A stretch of 64,000 nt of DNA from a virus. Of the stretch, positions 9,901 through 18,599 are shown piece after piece (position 1 is the stretch's first letter; each line of letters opens with the position of its first letter). The translations under genes were made by a program, and so were the position numbers. The notes under the pieces are model-generated. The model worked only from the letters and a program-made list of their open reading frames with translations. It did no database searches and was not told the origin of the DNA. The stretch is taken from IMG/VR virus record IMGVR_UViG_3300036790_000270, positions 53,212 to 117,211 of that record, one strand, 5' to 3'.

Positions 9901-10972
9901 CAGCGCTAACGGGGGCAATACCCAGTTCGACACGACCGGCGTGGCGGGCGGCGGCGTGCTGGCTAACGGCGGCAAGTCGTACAGCAGCAGCCTCAACTAC
10001 GGGCCCGGCGGCAGCTCGTCCGGCAATACGGTCAGCTTTGCCGGCGGCAACGGCGGTCCGCTTTACTCCGGTCAGTCCAACGGCTCGGGCGGCGGCGGCT
10101 CCGGCGGCACCACGGGGAACGGCGGCGGCGGCAGCAACGGCGGCGGGGCGGGCCGGGCAGGCAACGGCGGCGGTGAGCCGGGTGGCGCGGGCGCGGGTAC
10201 CGGCAGTGGCTCCGGCGGCTCGGCGCCCGGGGGCGGCGGCGGCGGCGCGAGCAAGGGCACCAGTTCTTATACCGGCGGCTCCGGCGGCGCGGGCCAGGTG
10301 CTGATCACCTACGCATCGTCCACCGCGCTGGCCACCTCGATCGCGACCGCCTCCGGCAGCGACGCAGCGGGCAACACCTACCCGGCGGGCGTGATGACCG
10401 CGGCGCTGCAGGTGAACGGCACCACCACCACCGAAAACCAGACGGTGTCCAACACCACGACCACCGACATTCTGGCGGTCACCGCTAACGCGACCGTCGG
10501 CGGCAACCACACGGTCACCGGCAACGTCGCCGCGGCTACCTATACCGGTGCGTCCGGCGGCGCGATGGAGAACAGCACCGGCATTCACTCCTCCGGCACC
10601 GTGGAGGCTGACGGCGGCCTGACAACCGGGGGCGGCGCCAGCATCAGCGGTGGCGCGAGCATCTCTGGCGGCATCGAGAACGACAGCATGCACGCCTCGG
10701 CGAACGTGCAGATCGACGGTACCGGAAGCGTCAACGGCACGCTCACCGCGAGTTCCGGCATCGAAACCTCCAGCATGCACTCCACCGGGAACGTGCAGAT
10801 CGACGGCACGCTCAACGGGCAGCCGGTCGGGGGCGGCGTAACAGGCGGCCAGGCGGGCGTATCGACGGTGTCCTCCGGTGAATCAAGTTACGACCAAACA
10901 CAGATGACCTCTTACGCGTCAGCAATTAACGGCATCATTTCCCGGCTAGAGTCATCCGGGCTTATCGGGTAA
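6995..10972 (+). CDS. Gly-rich tail fibre/minor tail protein with LamG/concanavalin-A-like domain
   Basis: 'FTVSGWF...YIVATFSSGTMKLYVNGT' LamG-like; Gly-rich repeats; C-terminal 'ASAINGIISRLESSGLI'. Confidence 0.8.
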   Translation: MTATPPKPSLVKTTALSMAQAVTDRLTALLPTVPSAESPVTVYQAGTLGVGGQLNAPTSVFPAGAGYYGVWTAPDLNDGNAYTVQVECFGGGGGGGGGSTTTGGGGGGGAEYARETYYPVKPGADYVWTVGVPGSAGTANSDNNQGGTAGGSGGDTVFDIAGSGVAGGITAHGGQGGDVGNTGIGGTAGSGSINTTEFSGGAGGTNLPGSGGGGSGGQGGTDNPVSLNQGGMLSAPPLAWLVLNDASSNGQLNDNSGNNNTGAVGNPGGGSGGFTYAQPGAPAQVPAYSNGASPPSSPNPSAAGDQLRFTLSSLTSPSAYFYTPGYSANGSQFTVSGWFTPDPTGTWGNTATGSRAVLVGNNAGYATASRAGVTLYLVNNGTPANQSWQLVYYCSDFYNYQTVSTPLKPVAGTAVYIVATFSSGTMKLYVNGTLAGSASAGFSSIPGWPTTPYSMLAGANPTLTGDWFFGFMSNLWFADGVLNAAGVSQAYAGSGGSSTEGGAGGGASGGPAANGGAGAAGSGSSGGAGGTPATQPATSIGLNTPASAGIAGAAGSSGNSGITGAAGAGGGGAGSSSAPPVITTVQVPFVTAASYCGTDAGGGAAGAVYNPVIQGTTGRLFTGGLASDTASGSKNSLLVLPPNLAASLASGSYTVLRVTLTVTNANTQGSQAALMQVGWSADTFLPITYEAGDIAGSAGVMEIPAGAYTVTADLTESQLGLYLQNGGATALVLGPGSTPTFAAYSADTAADFYTAVYGPGATDNAGNSLQPYLTVTYAQATTVQQGSPGGAGAILLTYLNQAQTLVGTWNSTDGINASGGQLTETTVVLGSTITDAALDGARTLNRGDARRSMRAARARGRALGARPGRRLGAVPGAPGTILGYTAGTTTVTQATAGSYTFTVPADVTSLNVQCWGGGGGGTGGSNTQGQAGGGGGGYAGEPNYVVSPGDVISYVVGAAGAGDHVGTSTSANGGNTQFDTTGVAGGGVLANGGKSYSSSLNYGPGGSSSGNTVSFAGGNGGPLYSGQSNGSGGGGSGGTTGNGGGGSNGGGAGRAGNGGGEPGGAGAGTGSGSGGSAPGGGGGGASKGTSSYTGGSGGAGQVLITYASSTALATSIATASGSDAAGNTYPAGVMTAALQVNGTTTTENQTVSNTTTTDILAVTANATVGGNHTVTGNVAAATYTGASGGAMENSTGIHSSGTVEADGGLTTGGGASISGGASISGGIENDSMHASANVQIDGTGSVNGTLTASSGIETSSMHSTGNVQIDGTLNGQPVGGGVTGGQAGVSTVSSGESSYDQTQMTSYASAINGIISRLESSGLIG

Positions 10973-10983
10973 AGGCTGGATAG

Positions 10984-12723
10984 ATGGCACTGGAGAAGCT
11001 GGACGCCACCCAGATCTGCACCTGGGCGCCGCCGTTGCCGCGACGGGCGTTCCCCGTTCAGGCGGCCGGGGTGACCAGCGACAGCGTCGGGGTGAGCCTG
11101 GGCGGGGCGACGGTCAACGGCGTGCAGTACGGGTACTTCCTGCTGAACACCAGCCAGTGGGGGGTCAGCCCGAGTCTTAACCTGCCGCCGGTCAGCGTCG
11201 GGGAGCGGTTCCAGCTGTGCACGGCGGTTTCCGGGCGCTCGTTCCTGCCGATGCCCGGGTTCGAGGGCGGTGAGGCGCTGCCGCCGTCGCTGGTTGCCGA
11301 TGCCGGGGCGGGGGGCACTACCTACGCGCCGGACCTGTTCAACGTGTCGATGATGTTCCCGACCGCGTACGCGGTGAAAGACCCGACGCTGTGCTCGGTG
11401 GTCTCCACCCGGCAGGACGGGGCTAACTCCTGGTACGTTTACTACTCGCCGTACAACCCGGCTATCTCGGTTACCCCGGGCGGCGACGGCCTGGTGACGG
11501 TGCCGGAGCTGTCGTCCCCCAAGTGGCTCGGCCAGATCGGGCACGTGGCCGGCGTGGACTACTCCTACTCGATCCCCGGCGGTCCTGACCAGCTGACCTG
11601 CGTGCTGCAGACCGAGCCGGACTACCGGACCGACGCGATCAACCCGGGGCGGGTCGTCACCGCGCACCGCGGCGGCTCCTGCATCTGGGAGGGCGTCCTG
11701 ACCGAGCCGGTCCCGGCCTCTACCACCGGGTGGACGCTGACCGCTAACGGCTGCGGTACCTACGGCACCAACTTCGGCGCCTGGTGGCAGCTTGACTACC
11801 CGGACTCCTGGTCGGTGGACGGCCCGATTGACCTGGCGATCGGGCGCGGCCTGCGCTGGGCGAACCCGGGCCAGTACTCGGCGGGCGGCAGCGCCTACCT
11901 GGGTCCCGTCCAGGAGCCGGGCAGCCTGACCCTCACCGACTTCATGAACCTGCTGTGCACCGGCGGCGCCCTGTCCTGGCAGCTGGTGCAGCCACCGTCG
12001 GCGAGCTCGTTCCCGCCCGGCCCGTGGGTACTGAACCTGTTCCCGCTGCCCACCGACTCCTCGGGCAACCCGATCGCGTCGCAGCCGTCGGACGTGCTGG
12101 CCTCCGAGCTGTTCACCTTCGACCGGTGGTCCCGTTCCGACTTGTCCGCTACGTCCTCGCGCCGGCCGCCGGACCTGTACATCATCAACACCAACCCGGT
12201 CGGCCGGACGATCGCCGCGGACATTAACACGGTCATCGTCTACTACGAGGTAACCGACGACACGACGGCCACCTCGACGACGACGGCAGCGGCGGCCACC
12301 TACGGCACCACGTTCGCGGACATTCCCGGCTCGGTAGCCCGGCACGGGCGCCTGGAGTACTTCCTCGACGTGAGCTCCGCCGGGGTGATGACGCAGCCGC
12401 AGGCCGCCCAGATCGCGCAGAACGTGCTGAGCAAGTACGTGCGGGCGAACTTCTCCGGCAGCTTCAGCGTGCAGCCCGGCCAGCTGCTGAACGTCGGCGG
12501 CTACCCGGTTGACCTGGGTTGCAACTGGGGCGGCTACATGGCCTCGCTGCAGGTGGAGAACTTCGCGGCCGGCGGTGAGGTGGGCTTCGGCCCGATCACC
12601 TTCCAGATCGGCGAGTACGAGTTCAACGACGATTCCCAGACAGCCATGATCACGCCGTACCAGAATGCGCGCACGGACATGTCGTCGGTGATAGCCCAGC
12701 TTTACCCGGGTAAGTTCACGTAG
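10984..12723 (+). CDS. Minor tail protein
   Basis: 579-aa ORF closing the tail operon; 'GGSCIWEGVL' segment typical of siphovirus tail/hub proteins. Confidence 0.6.
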   Translation: MALEKLDATQICTWAPPLPRRAFPVQAAGVTSDSVGVSLGGATVNGVQYGYFLLNTSQWGVSPSLNLPPVSVGERFQLCTAVSGRSFLPMPGFEGGEALPPSLVADAGAGGTTYAPDLFNVSMMFPTAYAVKDPTLCSVVSTRQDGANSWYVYYSPYNPAISVTPGGDGLVTVPELSSPKWLGQIGHVAGVDYSYSIPGGPDQLTCVLQTEPDYRTDAINPGRVVTAHRGGSCIWEGVLTEPVPASTTGWTLTANGCGTYGTNFGAWWQLDYPDSWSVDGPIDLAIGRGLRWANPGQYSAGGSAYLGPVQEPGSLTLTDFMNLLCTGGALSWQLVQPPSASSFPPGPWVLNLFPLPTDSSGNPIASQPSDVLASELFTFDRWSRSDLSATSSRRPPDLYIINTNPVGRTIAADINTVIVYYEVTDDTTATSTTTAAAATYGTTFADIPGSVARHGRLEYFLDVSSAGVMTQPQAAQIAQNVLSKYVRANFSGSFSVQPGQLLNVGGYPVDLGCNWGGYMASLQVENFAAGGEVGFGPITFQIGEYEFNDDSQTAMITPYQNARTDMSSVIAQLYPGKFT

Positions 12724-13366
12724 TTTTTACTTCCGGGGGCGGACCTGTTGCTAGTACGCATTCAGCGGGGTCGAGAGGGACTGACGGGTAATGGTGCACT
12801 GTAACTTCACCGGCTGATGTATAAGGGATGCCAGCTTCCAGCCAGGACTGCACGAGCAGCCAGTCTTCCGCAGGATGCGCCTGCTCCCAGGTAGCTGTCT
12901 TCAGTACCCAGCGCCGGTGCATGAGCATTGAGCTTTGCACGCGTCCGTGGGCAGGTCGCCCGTCTCCGATCCGGACTACCCCGGATGTCATGTGGACCAA
13001 GGCCCGGGAAAAACCGAAGCCTGCGTCAGGCTCGTTAATTAGAGCTTTAGCTAGGACTTCCAGGTGCCTAGGCTCCCAACAGTCATCGTCGTCCAAGTAG
13101 GCAATGAACTCACCCCGGGCTAGTTCAAGGCCGCGTAGTCGTGCGAGGTGCCCCCAGTGCCGCTTCGGGTCATGCCCAGGTAGTTCGCTGTACTTAATGT
13201 GCGCTGGCCAGTCGATGGCAGCCAGGACCTGGTCAGGGCCGTCCGATACGATGACATGCTCGCACGGCCATTGCTGTGCCTTAACCGACGGGACGCACCT
13301 ACCTAGAAGTGTGCTGTGCCGCTGCCACGACGGGGTAATAACGGAAACTAGCGGCTCGTCCGTCAC
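12716..13366 (-). CDS. Glycosyltransferase family 2
   Basis: 'LVSVITPS', 'HVIVSDG', 'RLRGLELARGEFIAYLDDDD', 'EDW' GT-A motifs. Confidence 0.9.
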   Translation of the reverse strand: MTDEPLVSVITPSWQRHSTLLGRCVPSVKAQQWPCEHVIVSDGPDQVLAAIDWPAHIKYSELPGHDPKRHWGHLARLRGLELARGEFIAYLDDDDCWEPRHLEVLAKALINEPDAGFGFSRALVHMTSGVVRIGDGRPAHGRVQSSMLMHRRWVLKTATWEQAHPAEDWLLVQSWLEAGIPYTSAGEVTVHHYPSVPLDPAECVLATGPPPEVKTT

Positions 13367-13761
13367 GAGGTGTTAGCGACGACCATCCAGTAGGTGACGT
13401 CCATACTGTAGCCGTCACCTCCGCTTTGCAACTTTACTGACCCCTGAAATCGCCACTTTGTGTTATCTGTAGGGTGAGGGCCGTCTGCGGACAGCCACGC
13501 ATTACCAAATCCGGATACCTGGATGCCCGAGCCTAGAACCGTGGTTCCCGCTGGGATAGCCATGTCGTACGTCGTATTCGACGTAACAGTGTCGTCGTAG
13601 GTAAGCAGCTGCAAGCCGAGTGCGCCAATCCAGCTGACTTCGGCCTGTCCGTCAACTACAGACACCGTGTCCGGGTCAACGATGTTAAGCGCCGTACCGC
13701 AGGAAAGTGCCGAAGTCTGATAGACAGCGTGAAGCAGCCCGTTAGCGTCAGGAATAGCCAT
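13363..13761 (-). CDS. Hypothetical protein, coupled to the GT2 gene
   Basis: 132-aa ORF with AGGAAGG RBS; 4-bp overlap with GT2; lower GC. Confidence 0.65.
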   Translation of the reverse strand: MAIPDANGLLHAVYQTSALSCGTALNIVDPDTVSVVDGQAEVSWIGALGLQLLTYDDTVTSNTTYDMAIPAGTTVLGSGIQVSGFGNAWLSADGPHPTDNTKWRFQGSVKLQSGGDGYSMDVTYWMVVANTS

Positions 13762-14024
13762 AACGTGCCTTCCTAATTTTAATCGTTGTTTGCCTTAAAG
13801 TTTAATCCAGTTACCGTCGTTAGGGCCGTGGTCGTTCACGTCAACCAGCGGCCACTCGGGAACGTCAACGCGGGCGGGCGCCACCTGGCCGGCCCGGGGC
13901 CAGTGCTCCTCGCCGTTACCGAGCTTGCCGTCCAGGCCTGATACGTCTTTCACAAGGCCAGGGTACGCGCAGGCCTCGCTGTGGATCAGCACGCCCGGCA
14001 TACTGGTGAGTAGGTCCTGCGGCC

Positions 14025-14444
14025 GTGCCCGGAGCCAGGTCCCCGCTAGAGCATGACAGTGAGGGAGAAGCCGTGCCAGGGACCGAAGAAAGCCGCGCGA
14101 TCCCGGCGGTGCCCCCGGAAAGAACGGGCGTGTCCCGGAACGGGAAGCTGCTCGCCGCGGCGCTGCTACTGCTAGCCGTGATCCTTGGCGCGACCAACCT
14201 GTGGTCCAGCTATGTTGAGAACCACCAGTTCGAACAGCAGTTCACTACGGCTCAGGCCAAGGCCGCGGCGGCACAGCAGAAGACGGCGGTAACCGAGATC
14301 CAGGCGCTGTGCAAGGACCTCGGCACCATGGCGGCGATACCGGCTCCTGCCGGGCCCGCCCAGTCGAACCCGTCCCGTGGCTACGAGCAGGCTGAGCACC
14401 TGGCGTGGCAAGGGCTGTACACGAGCATCCGCTGCCGCCCGTGA
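14025..14444 (+). CDS. Single-pass membrane protein (lysis-cassette-like); start uncertain
   Basis: Hydrophobic 'LLAAALLLLAVILGA' followed by an Ala/Gln-rich helix. Confidence 0.6.
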   Translation: MPGARSPLEHDSEGEAVPGTEESRAIPAVPPERTGVSRNGKLLAAALLLLAVILGATNLWSSYVENHQFEQQFTTAQAKAAAAQQKTAVTEIQALCKDLGTMAAIPAPAGPAQSNPSRGYEQAEHLAWQGLYTSIRCRP

Positions 14445-14785
14445 ACCCGGAATGGCTCACTGCGCTAGCCGCGCTGATCACGATCGTCGCCGGGATACTC
14501 GCCTGGGGTGCACAGAAAGTCTGGTACGTCTTCCGGCGCACGGATCAGTTCCTGGAAGACTGGAACGGTGTTTCAGCTGACAAGGGTCACGAAGGGTATC
14601 CCGGTGTGATGACCCGGCTGCTAGCGCTAGAGCACAGCATGACCGACATCCAGGGGCAGGTGCACCTGAACAGCGGGCACTCAATGCGAGATGAAGTACA
14701 GCGTACCGAGGCCGCCGTGGAAGAGCTGACGATCAAGCTAGGAAAAGTAGAGCTGACGGTTAACGAGCTGAATGGCCGCCAGTAA
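14441..14785 (+). CDS. Holin-like/lysis-associated membrane protein
   Basis: N-terminal TM 'WLTALAALITIVAGILAWG', 'FLEDWNG...PGVMTRL...NSGHSMRD' pattern seen in actinophage lysis-region proteins; GTGA overlap. Confidence 0.65.
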   Translation: MNPEWLTALAALITIVAGILAWGAQKVWYVFRRTDQFLEDWNGVSADKGHEGYPGVMTRLLALEHSMTDIQGQVHLNSGHSMRDEVQRTEAAVEELTIKLGKVELTVNELNGRQ

Positions 14786-14791
14786 CGCGCC

Positions 14792-14902
14792 GGCGTCTGG
14801 GAGTTGGGTTTCGTAAACGACTTGGCCGGGCGTAGATTGATTGGGTCTCGCATGCGATATGGCCCCGGCGTAAGTAAGCTGGGTTTCGTGACCTGATTGG
14901 CC
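14792..14902 (-). repeat. Three-unit TIGR-like mini-array
   Basis: GGCG-N9-TGGGTYTCG-N9-TGGCC three times in tandem. Confidence 0.9.
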
Positions 14903-14913
14903 GGGAGCCCGGG

Positions 14914-15072
14914 TCAGAGCAGCTTCTGCAGTTCCGCCAGGATCGCGGTGAACTGAGCCGTTACGAACTTCACGGCAAGCGCTACTTCGGTCTTGCCCTC
15001 GGTCACCATCTGCTGCTCCAGTGCCTGCAGGTCGGCAATCAGGCCTTGCAGGTCGGTGATGATCTCGTTCAT
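14914..15072 (-). CDS. Small helical hypothetical protein (52 aa; not in the ORF track)
   Basis: Hand translation MNEIITDLQGLIADLQALEQQMVTEGKTEVALAVKFVTAQFTAILAELQKLL; GGAAGGG upstream. Confidence 0.6.
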   Translation of the reverse strand: MNEIITDLQGLIADLQALEQQMVTEGKTEVALAVKFVTAQFTAILAELQKLL

Positions 15073-15235
15073 GAGCGCCCTTCCGGGAAGTTAGCTGCTG
15101 TGACAGGTACCGCAGACGTGCGTGTGGCTTTCACCGGGGTAGATCCACACCCCGCACACGTGAGAGTAGACATTACCTTTCACCGGCTGCCCGCACTGCC
15201 CCCAGGTGACGCCGCACATGACCTTATGCGGCATG

Positions 15236-15748
15236 TCAGCTGTCGTCTCCCGGCTGCGGTGGCAACCCGAGTTCCGTGTGCGTTACCGGGCCGTGCCGCG
15301 GCCGGTAGTCAGCCGCGTTAGAACCGTGGCCGGGAGCTGTTTTCCGGGCAGCACGGTCACGCTGCGCCTTTTCCTTCTGCGCGCGGACGTTAGCCGCGTG
15401 CTTCACCTGGCCGTTCGCCTGCCGGGACAGCTGGTGCCCCATCTTCAGGAACAGCCGGGCCAGGGCGAGGGCGGTGCCGGTCTCCGGATCGTAGATGTCC
15501 GTGTTGTCCCGCTTGGACGAGCCGGTTGCCGTCAGGAACGGGTCGTACATGTTGTCCGCGGTAGACAATGTTCCCCGCGCGACGGTTGCGCCCGGGTCGG
15601 CCAGCACGGTCACGTGGACGGTGAAAGAATCCGGGGTGCCGGGTGCGCGAACCGGCTGCGGCGGCAGCGGGTAATAAGGGGACGGGTCCGGGGGGGCGAA
15701 GATGCCCGGGTGCTGCTTTTTCTGCTGCGACACAGTGCTCCTTGTCAT
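15236..15748 (-). CDS. DUF1876/Rv2632c-like (dsRBD-fold) protein
   Basis: 'ATGSSKRDNTDIYDPETGTALALARLF' matches the family motif. Confidence 0.7.
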   Translation of the reverse strand: MTRSTVSQQKKQHPGIFAPPDPSPYYPLPPQPVRAPGTPDSFTVHVTVLADPGATVARGTLSTADNMYDPFLTATGSSKRDNTDIYDPETGTALALARLFLKMGHQLSRQANGQVKHAANVRAQKEKAQRDRAARKTAPGHGSNAADYRPRHGPVTHTELGLPPQPGDDS

Positions 15749-15765
15749 GCGGATCGCCCGCGCCC

Positions 15766-15801
15766 GGCGTTACATGTTTGGGCCCCGCAAGTGGAATGGC
15801 C
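15766..15801 (-). repeat. Solo TIGR-like unit
   Basis: GGCG-TTACATGTT-TGGGCCCCG-CAAGTGGAA-TGGCC. Confidence 0.8.
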
Positions 15802-15823
15802 GGGCGCGGGCGGGCGGGTAAAG

Positions 15824-16594
15824 TCAGGCGGCCATCAGCTGGACGTCGAGCGCGATCTCCGCCGGGTCGGACACGCCGGTCAGCGCGACCACGGAGATGT
15901 ACTTGTTCTTGGCGGCCAGCCGCTTGTAGCTGCTGACGGCCGCGTCGTGCCCGGGGCCGTAACCGACCACGGCGACGCCGACGACGCAGAACTCGTCGGC
16001 CTGCGCCAGCCACTCCTCGAAGTCAGCCTCGTCGTTCAGCTTGCCGTCGGTCCAGATGACCACTTCCATCGTGGGCCGCTTGCGCATCGCGATGCTGCTG
16101 AACTCACCCTGGAAGGCCTTCTCCGCCGCGTGGATCGCCGGCATGATGTACGTCCGGCCGCCCCATGGCGCATTGCCCAGGGATTCCTGGACATTGGCCT
16201 CGGAGACGTCCTTCAGGTCACGCGTGTCACCGAACTCGGCTTCCTCCTCGTCGTAGTCCTCGAACTCACAGGGCTCGTTGAACGCGTAGCTGCGGACGCC
16301 GCCCTTGCCGGTACCCTCCTCGCTCTTCGCCTGCGAGTCGTCACCTGCCAGCTTGCCAGTGGCGAGGGGAATGGCCGTCAGCAGCAGCTGCTGCTTGGTC
16401 ATCGGGGAATCCGGGGACGCTGCCTCCCCGTTTGAGGCGGAGATGTCGATCAGGAAGACCGGCTCCTTGTCCCGGCCGCCGTTGTCCGGCTTCTCCTCGA
16501 TGATCTGCTCGCGCGGGGTGCGGCCCGGCAGCCCGGTGACCGGGGCCTCGACGATCTCCCGGACTGCCTGCTCGCTCAGTTCAGAACTTGGCAC
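15824..16594 (-). CDS. vWA-domain protein
   Basis: MIDAS-like 'FLIDISASN', 'GGRTY', 'VVIWTDG', 'VAVVGYG'. Confidence 0.75.
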   Translation of the reverse strand: MPSSELSEQAVREIVEAPVTGLPGRTPREQIIEEKPDNGGRDKEPVFLIDISASNGEAASPDSPMTKQQLLLTAIPLATGKLAGDDSQAKSEEGTGKGGVRSYAFNEPCEFEDYDEEEAEFGDTRDLKDVSEANVQESLGNAPWGGRTYIMPAIHAAEKAFQGEFSSIAMRKRPTMEVVIWTDGKLNDEADFEEWLAQADEFCVVGVAVVGYGPGHDAAVSSYKRLAAKNKYISVVALTGVSDPAEIALDVQLMAA

Positions 16595-16710
16595 CTTGTT
16601 CTCCTGTCCGCTGGGCGGTGTTGCCCGTGACTGACCTCAACCAGGCGCCTGCGGCAGGTATTCCGCTCCCGTCCGGCCGTAATGTCAGGGGCCGGCGATA
16701 GCCTGCCGTC

Positions 16711-17127
16711 ATGACTTCCATTGACAAGGCGATCGCCAACGCGCTGACCGCGGACGCCCAGGCGCACGCCGCGCCGGAACGCCCCGAGGTGGTGATCGTG
16801 GTGGTGCCGCCGGACAGCAAGCTGGAAGGGTGGCTGTGCCTTGGTGACCCGCGTAAGAGCGCCCTGGAGGCAGCGGAGGCGGCGCACGGCGAGTGGAAGG
16901 ACGCGGTCATCGCCGAGCTGCAGCGGATGTACCCCGGTGAAACCGCTCCTACTAAGGGGTACGAGATACCCGGCGGCCCGATGTGGTCATCGCTGAGTGT
17001 CAGCTGGCAGAACGGCAAGGAGTACCTGCCGACCGACCTGATCAAGCAGCACATCCCGCAGGTGTGGTCGGCGTTCAAGAAGCAGTCGAGGGGTTTCTGG
17101 ATTATCCGGCGGAAGGCAAAACGGTGA
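16711..17127 (+). CDS. Hypothetical protein, first gene of the rightward arm
   Basis: 138-aa ORF, codon usage like the rest of the genome, overlaps next gene. Confidence 0.65.
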   Translation: MTSIDKAIANALTADAQAHAAPERPEVVIVVVPPDSKLEGWLCLGDPRKSALEAAEAAHGEWKDAVIAELQRMYPGETAPTKGYEIPGGPMWSSLSVSWQNGKEYLPTDLIKQHIPQVWSAFKKQSRGFWIIRRKAKR

Positions 17128-17348
17128 GCGGCGGCCGGTGGAACTACCAGGAATGGCGCATCCGGGATTTCGGTGAGGACGTCACCAGGTTCATCGGTCA
17201 GTTCGCCGGGGCGATCGCGCAGTCCGAGCACATCGTCGACTGGGCGGAGTCCGGGGACACGACGCGGCGGCGCGAGGACGGGTCGGGAGCTGAACGTGAC
17301 TTGTACGACCTGTGGCTGAAGACCTTCGATGACGTGTACGGCGACTGA
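17124..17348 (+). CDS. Hypothetical phage protein (MSGGRWNY...)
   Basis: GTG overlapping upstream stop. Confidence 0.6.
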   Translation: MSGGRWNYQEWRIRDFGEDVTRFIGQFAGAIAQSEHIVDWAESGDTTRRREDGSGAERDLYDLWLKTFDDVYGD

Positions 17349-17353
17349 TCCGG

Positions 17354-18175
17354 GTGCCTGGCGCAGCGGGTGAGTTCATGTCGGCGGCGCCGCGGTCGAC
17401 GTCGGGGTCGGACGCGTGGGCAGAAGGCTACGGGAACGAGCTGAAGGGCATCGTCACCCGGTACGCGAGCCAGCAGCCGCGCTCGGTGCAGCGGCACCTG
17501 GGGCCCTCCGAGCTCGGGCACGCCTGCGACCGCCAGGTGGTGGCGAAGATGGCGGGCAGCAAGCCGACCAACCACGTAGCCGACCCGTGGGCGTCGATCG
17601 TCGGGACCGCCATTCACGCGTACCTGGCGGACGCGTTCGAGTGGGACAACGCGCACAACAGCTACCTGCGCTGGCTGACCGAGGCGCGGGTGACTCCCGA
17701 CCCGGGGCCGGACGAGCACCCGGGGACGGCCGACCTGTACGACTGCCACCTGCGGGCGCTGGTCGACCACAAGGGGCAGGGTGAGTCAACGCGGGCGAAG
17801 CTGAAGGCTAACGGGCCGCCGCGGCATTACTTCGTGCAGCTGCTGCTGTACCGGCGGGGTTACCAGAACCTGGGGCTGCCGGTAGAGCGGATCGCGATCG
17901 CCAGCTGGCCGCGGACCAAGTCCACCCTCGACGACCTTTACGTCTGGTCACACGTGCCCACCCCGCAAGACGACCAGTTCATCGAGGACGTGCTCACCCA
18001 GACGCAGTTCCGGCAGCAGGTCGCGGGGCTGGTGCACGCCGGGCAGCTGGGCATTATGGACGTGCCCGCGCAGCCGGAGGACACCGAGTGCTTCTTCTGC
18101 CTGCTGTACCGGCCGCAGGCTGCCCACGACGGCCTCTACGGCTGCCCCGGCACGCTGCTGAGAAAGGAACAGTAG
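17354..18175 (+). CDS. Cas4-like PD-(D/E)XK exonuclease
   Basis: 'LGPSELGHACDRQ', 'GTAIH', 'GTADLYD', 'LVDHK', 'QLLLY', C-terminal 'CFFC...GCPG' Fe-S cysteines. Confidence 0.85.
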   Translation: MPGAAGEFMSAAPRSTSGSDAWAEGYGNELKGIVTRYASQQPRSVQRHLGPSELGHACDRQVVAKMAGSKPTNHVADPWASIVGTAIHAYLADAFEWDNAHNSYLRWLTEARVTPDPGPDEHPGTADLYDCHLRALVDHKGQGESTRAKLKANGPPRHYFVQLLLYRRGYQNLGLPVERIAIASWPRTKSTLDDLYVWSHVPTPQDDQFIEDVLTQTQFRQQVAGLVHAGQLGIMDVPAQPEDTECFFCLLYRPQAAHDGLYGCPGTLLRKEQ

Positions 18176-18200
18176 ACGACCGCTCGTAGTTACCAGGCTC

Positions 18201-18407
18201 ATGGGAAGCAAGGGAACTAAGCACTACATTACGGTAACGTGCCCGACGTGCAACGGCAGCGGGACGCGCGGTAACAACGTGTGCCCGCTGTGCAAGGGCG
18301 ACAAGGTGATCAAGGTCCCGCAGGAGTTAGGTGCACGAAGAGCTGAACGTGAACGCGGCGCGGGCACTGGTCGCGCTGTCCACCCTAGGCGAAGTGCAGC
18401 CCGGTGA
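18201..18407 (+). CDS. Small DnaJ-type zinc-finger protein
   Basis: 'CPTCNGSG...CPLCKGDK' CxxCxGxG repeats. Confidence 0.55.
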   Translation: MGSKGTKHYITVTCPTCNGSGTRGNNVCPLCKGDKVIKVPQELGARRAERERGAGTGRAVHPRRSAAR

Positions 18408-18597
18408 CGTCTTCTACCTGGTTAGCGACCCGTCTGCCGTATGGTTCCGGGACATCCCGGACGGCGGGTACGACGGGTACGCCTTCACGTCGTTTGCCGC
18501 TGACAGCTGGCGCACTGCAGGAGAAGTCGGCACCGGCGACCTGAGGCAGCGGGTGGTTATCCTGCACAACACCGGAACACAGAAGAAGGAGCAGTAA
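18331..18597 (+). CDS. Hypothetical protein
   Basis: GGAG RBS before GTG; abuts next gene. Confidence 0.55.
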   Translation: MHEELNVNAARALVALSTLGEVQPGDVFYLVSDPSAVWFRDIPDGGYDGYAFTSFAADSWRTAGEVGTGDLRQRVVILHNTGTQKKEQ

Positions 18598-18599
18598 AG

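Noticed and set aside
1354-10780. Very long antisense ORFs (1354-5277, 8891-10780) and similar ones elsewhere
   Set aside because: Arg/Ala/Gly-rich shadow frames expected opposite high-GC3 genes; no motifs.
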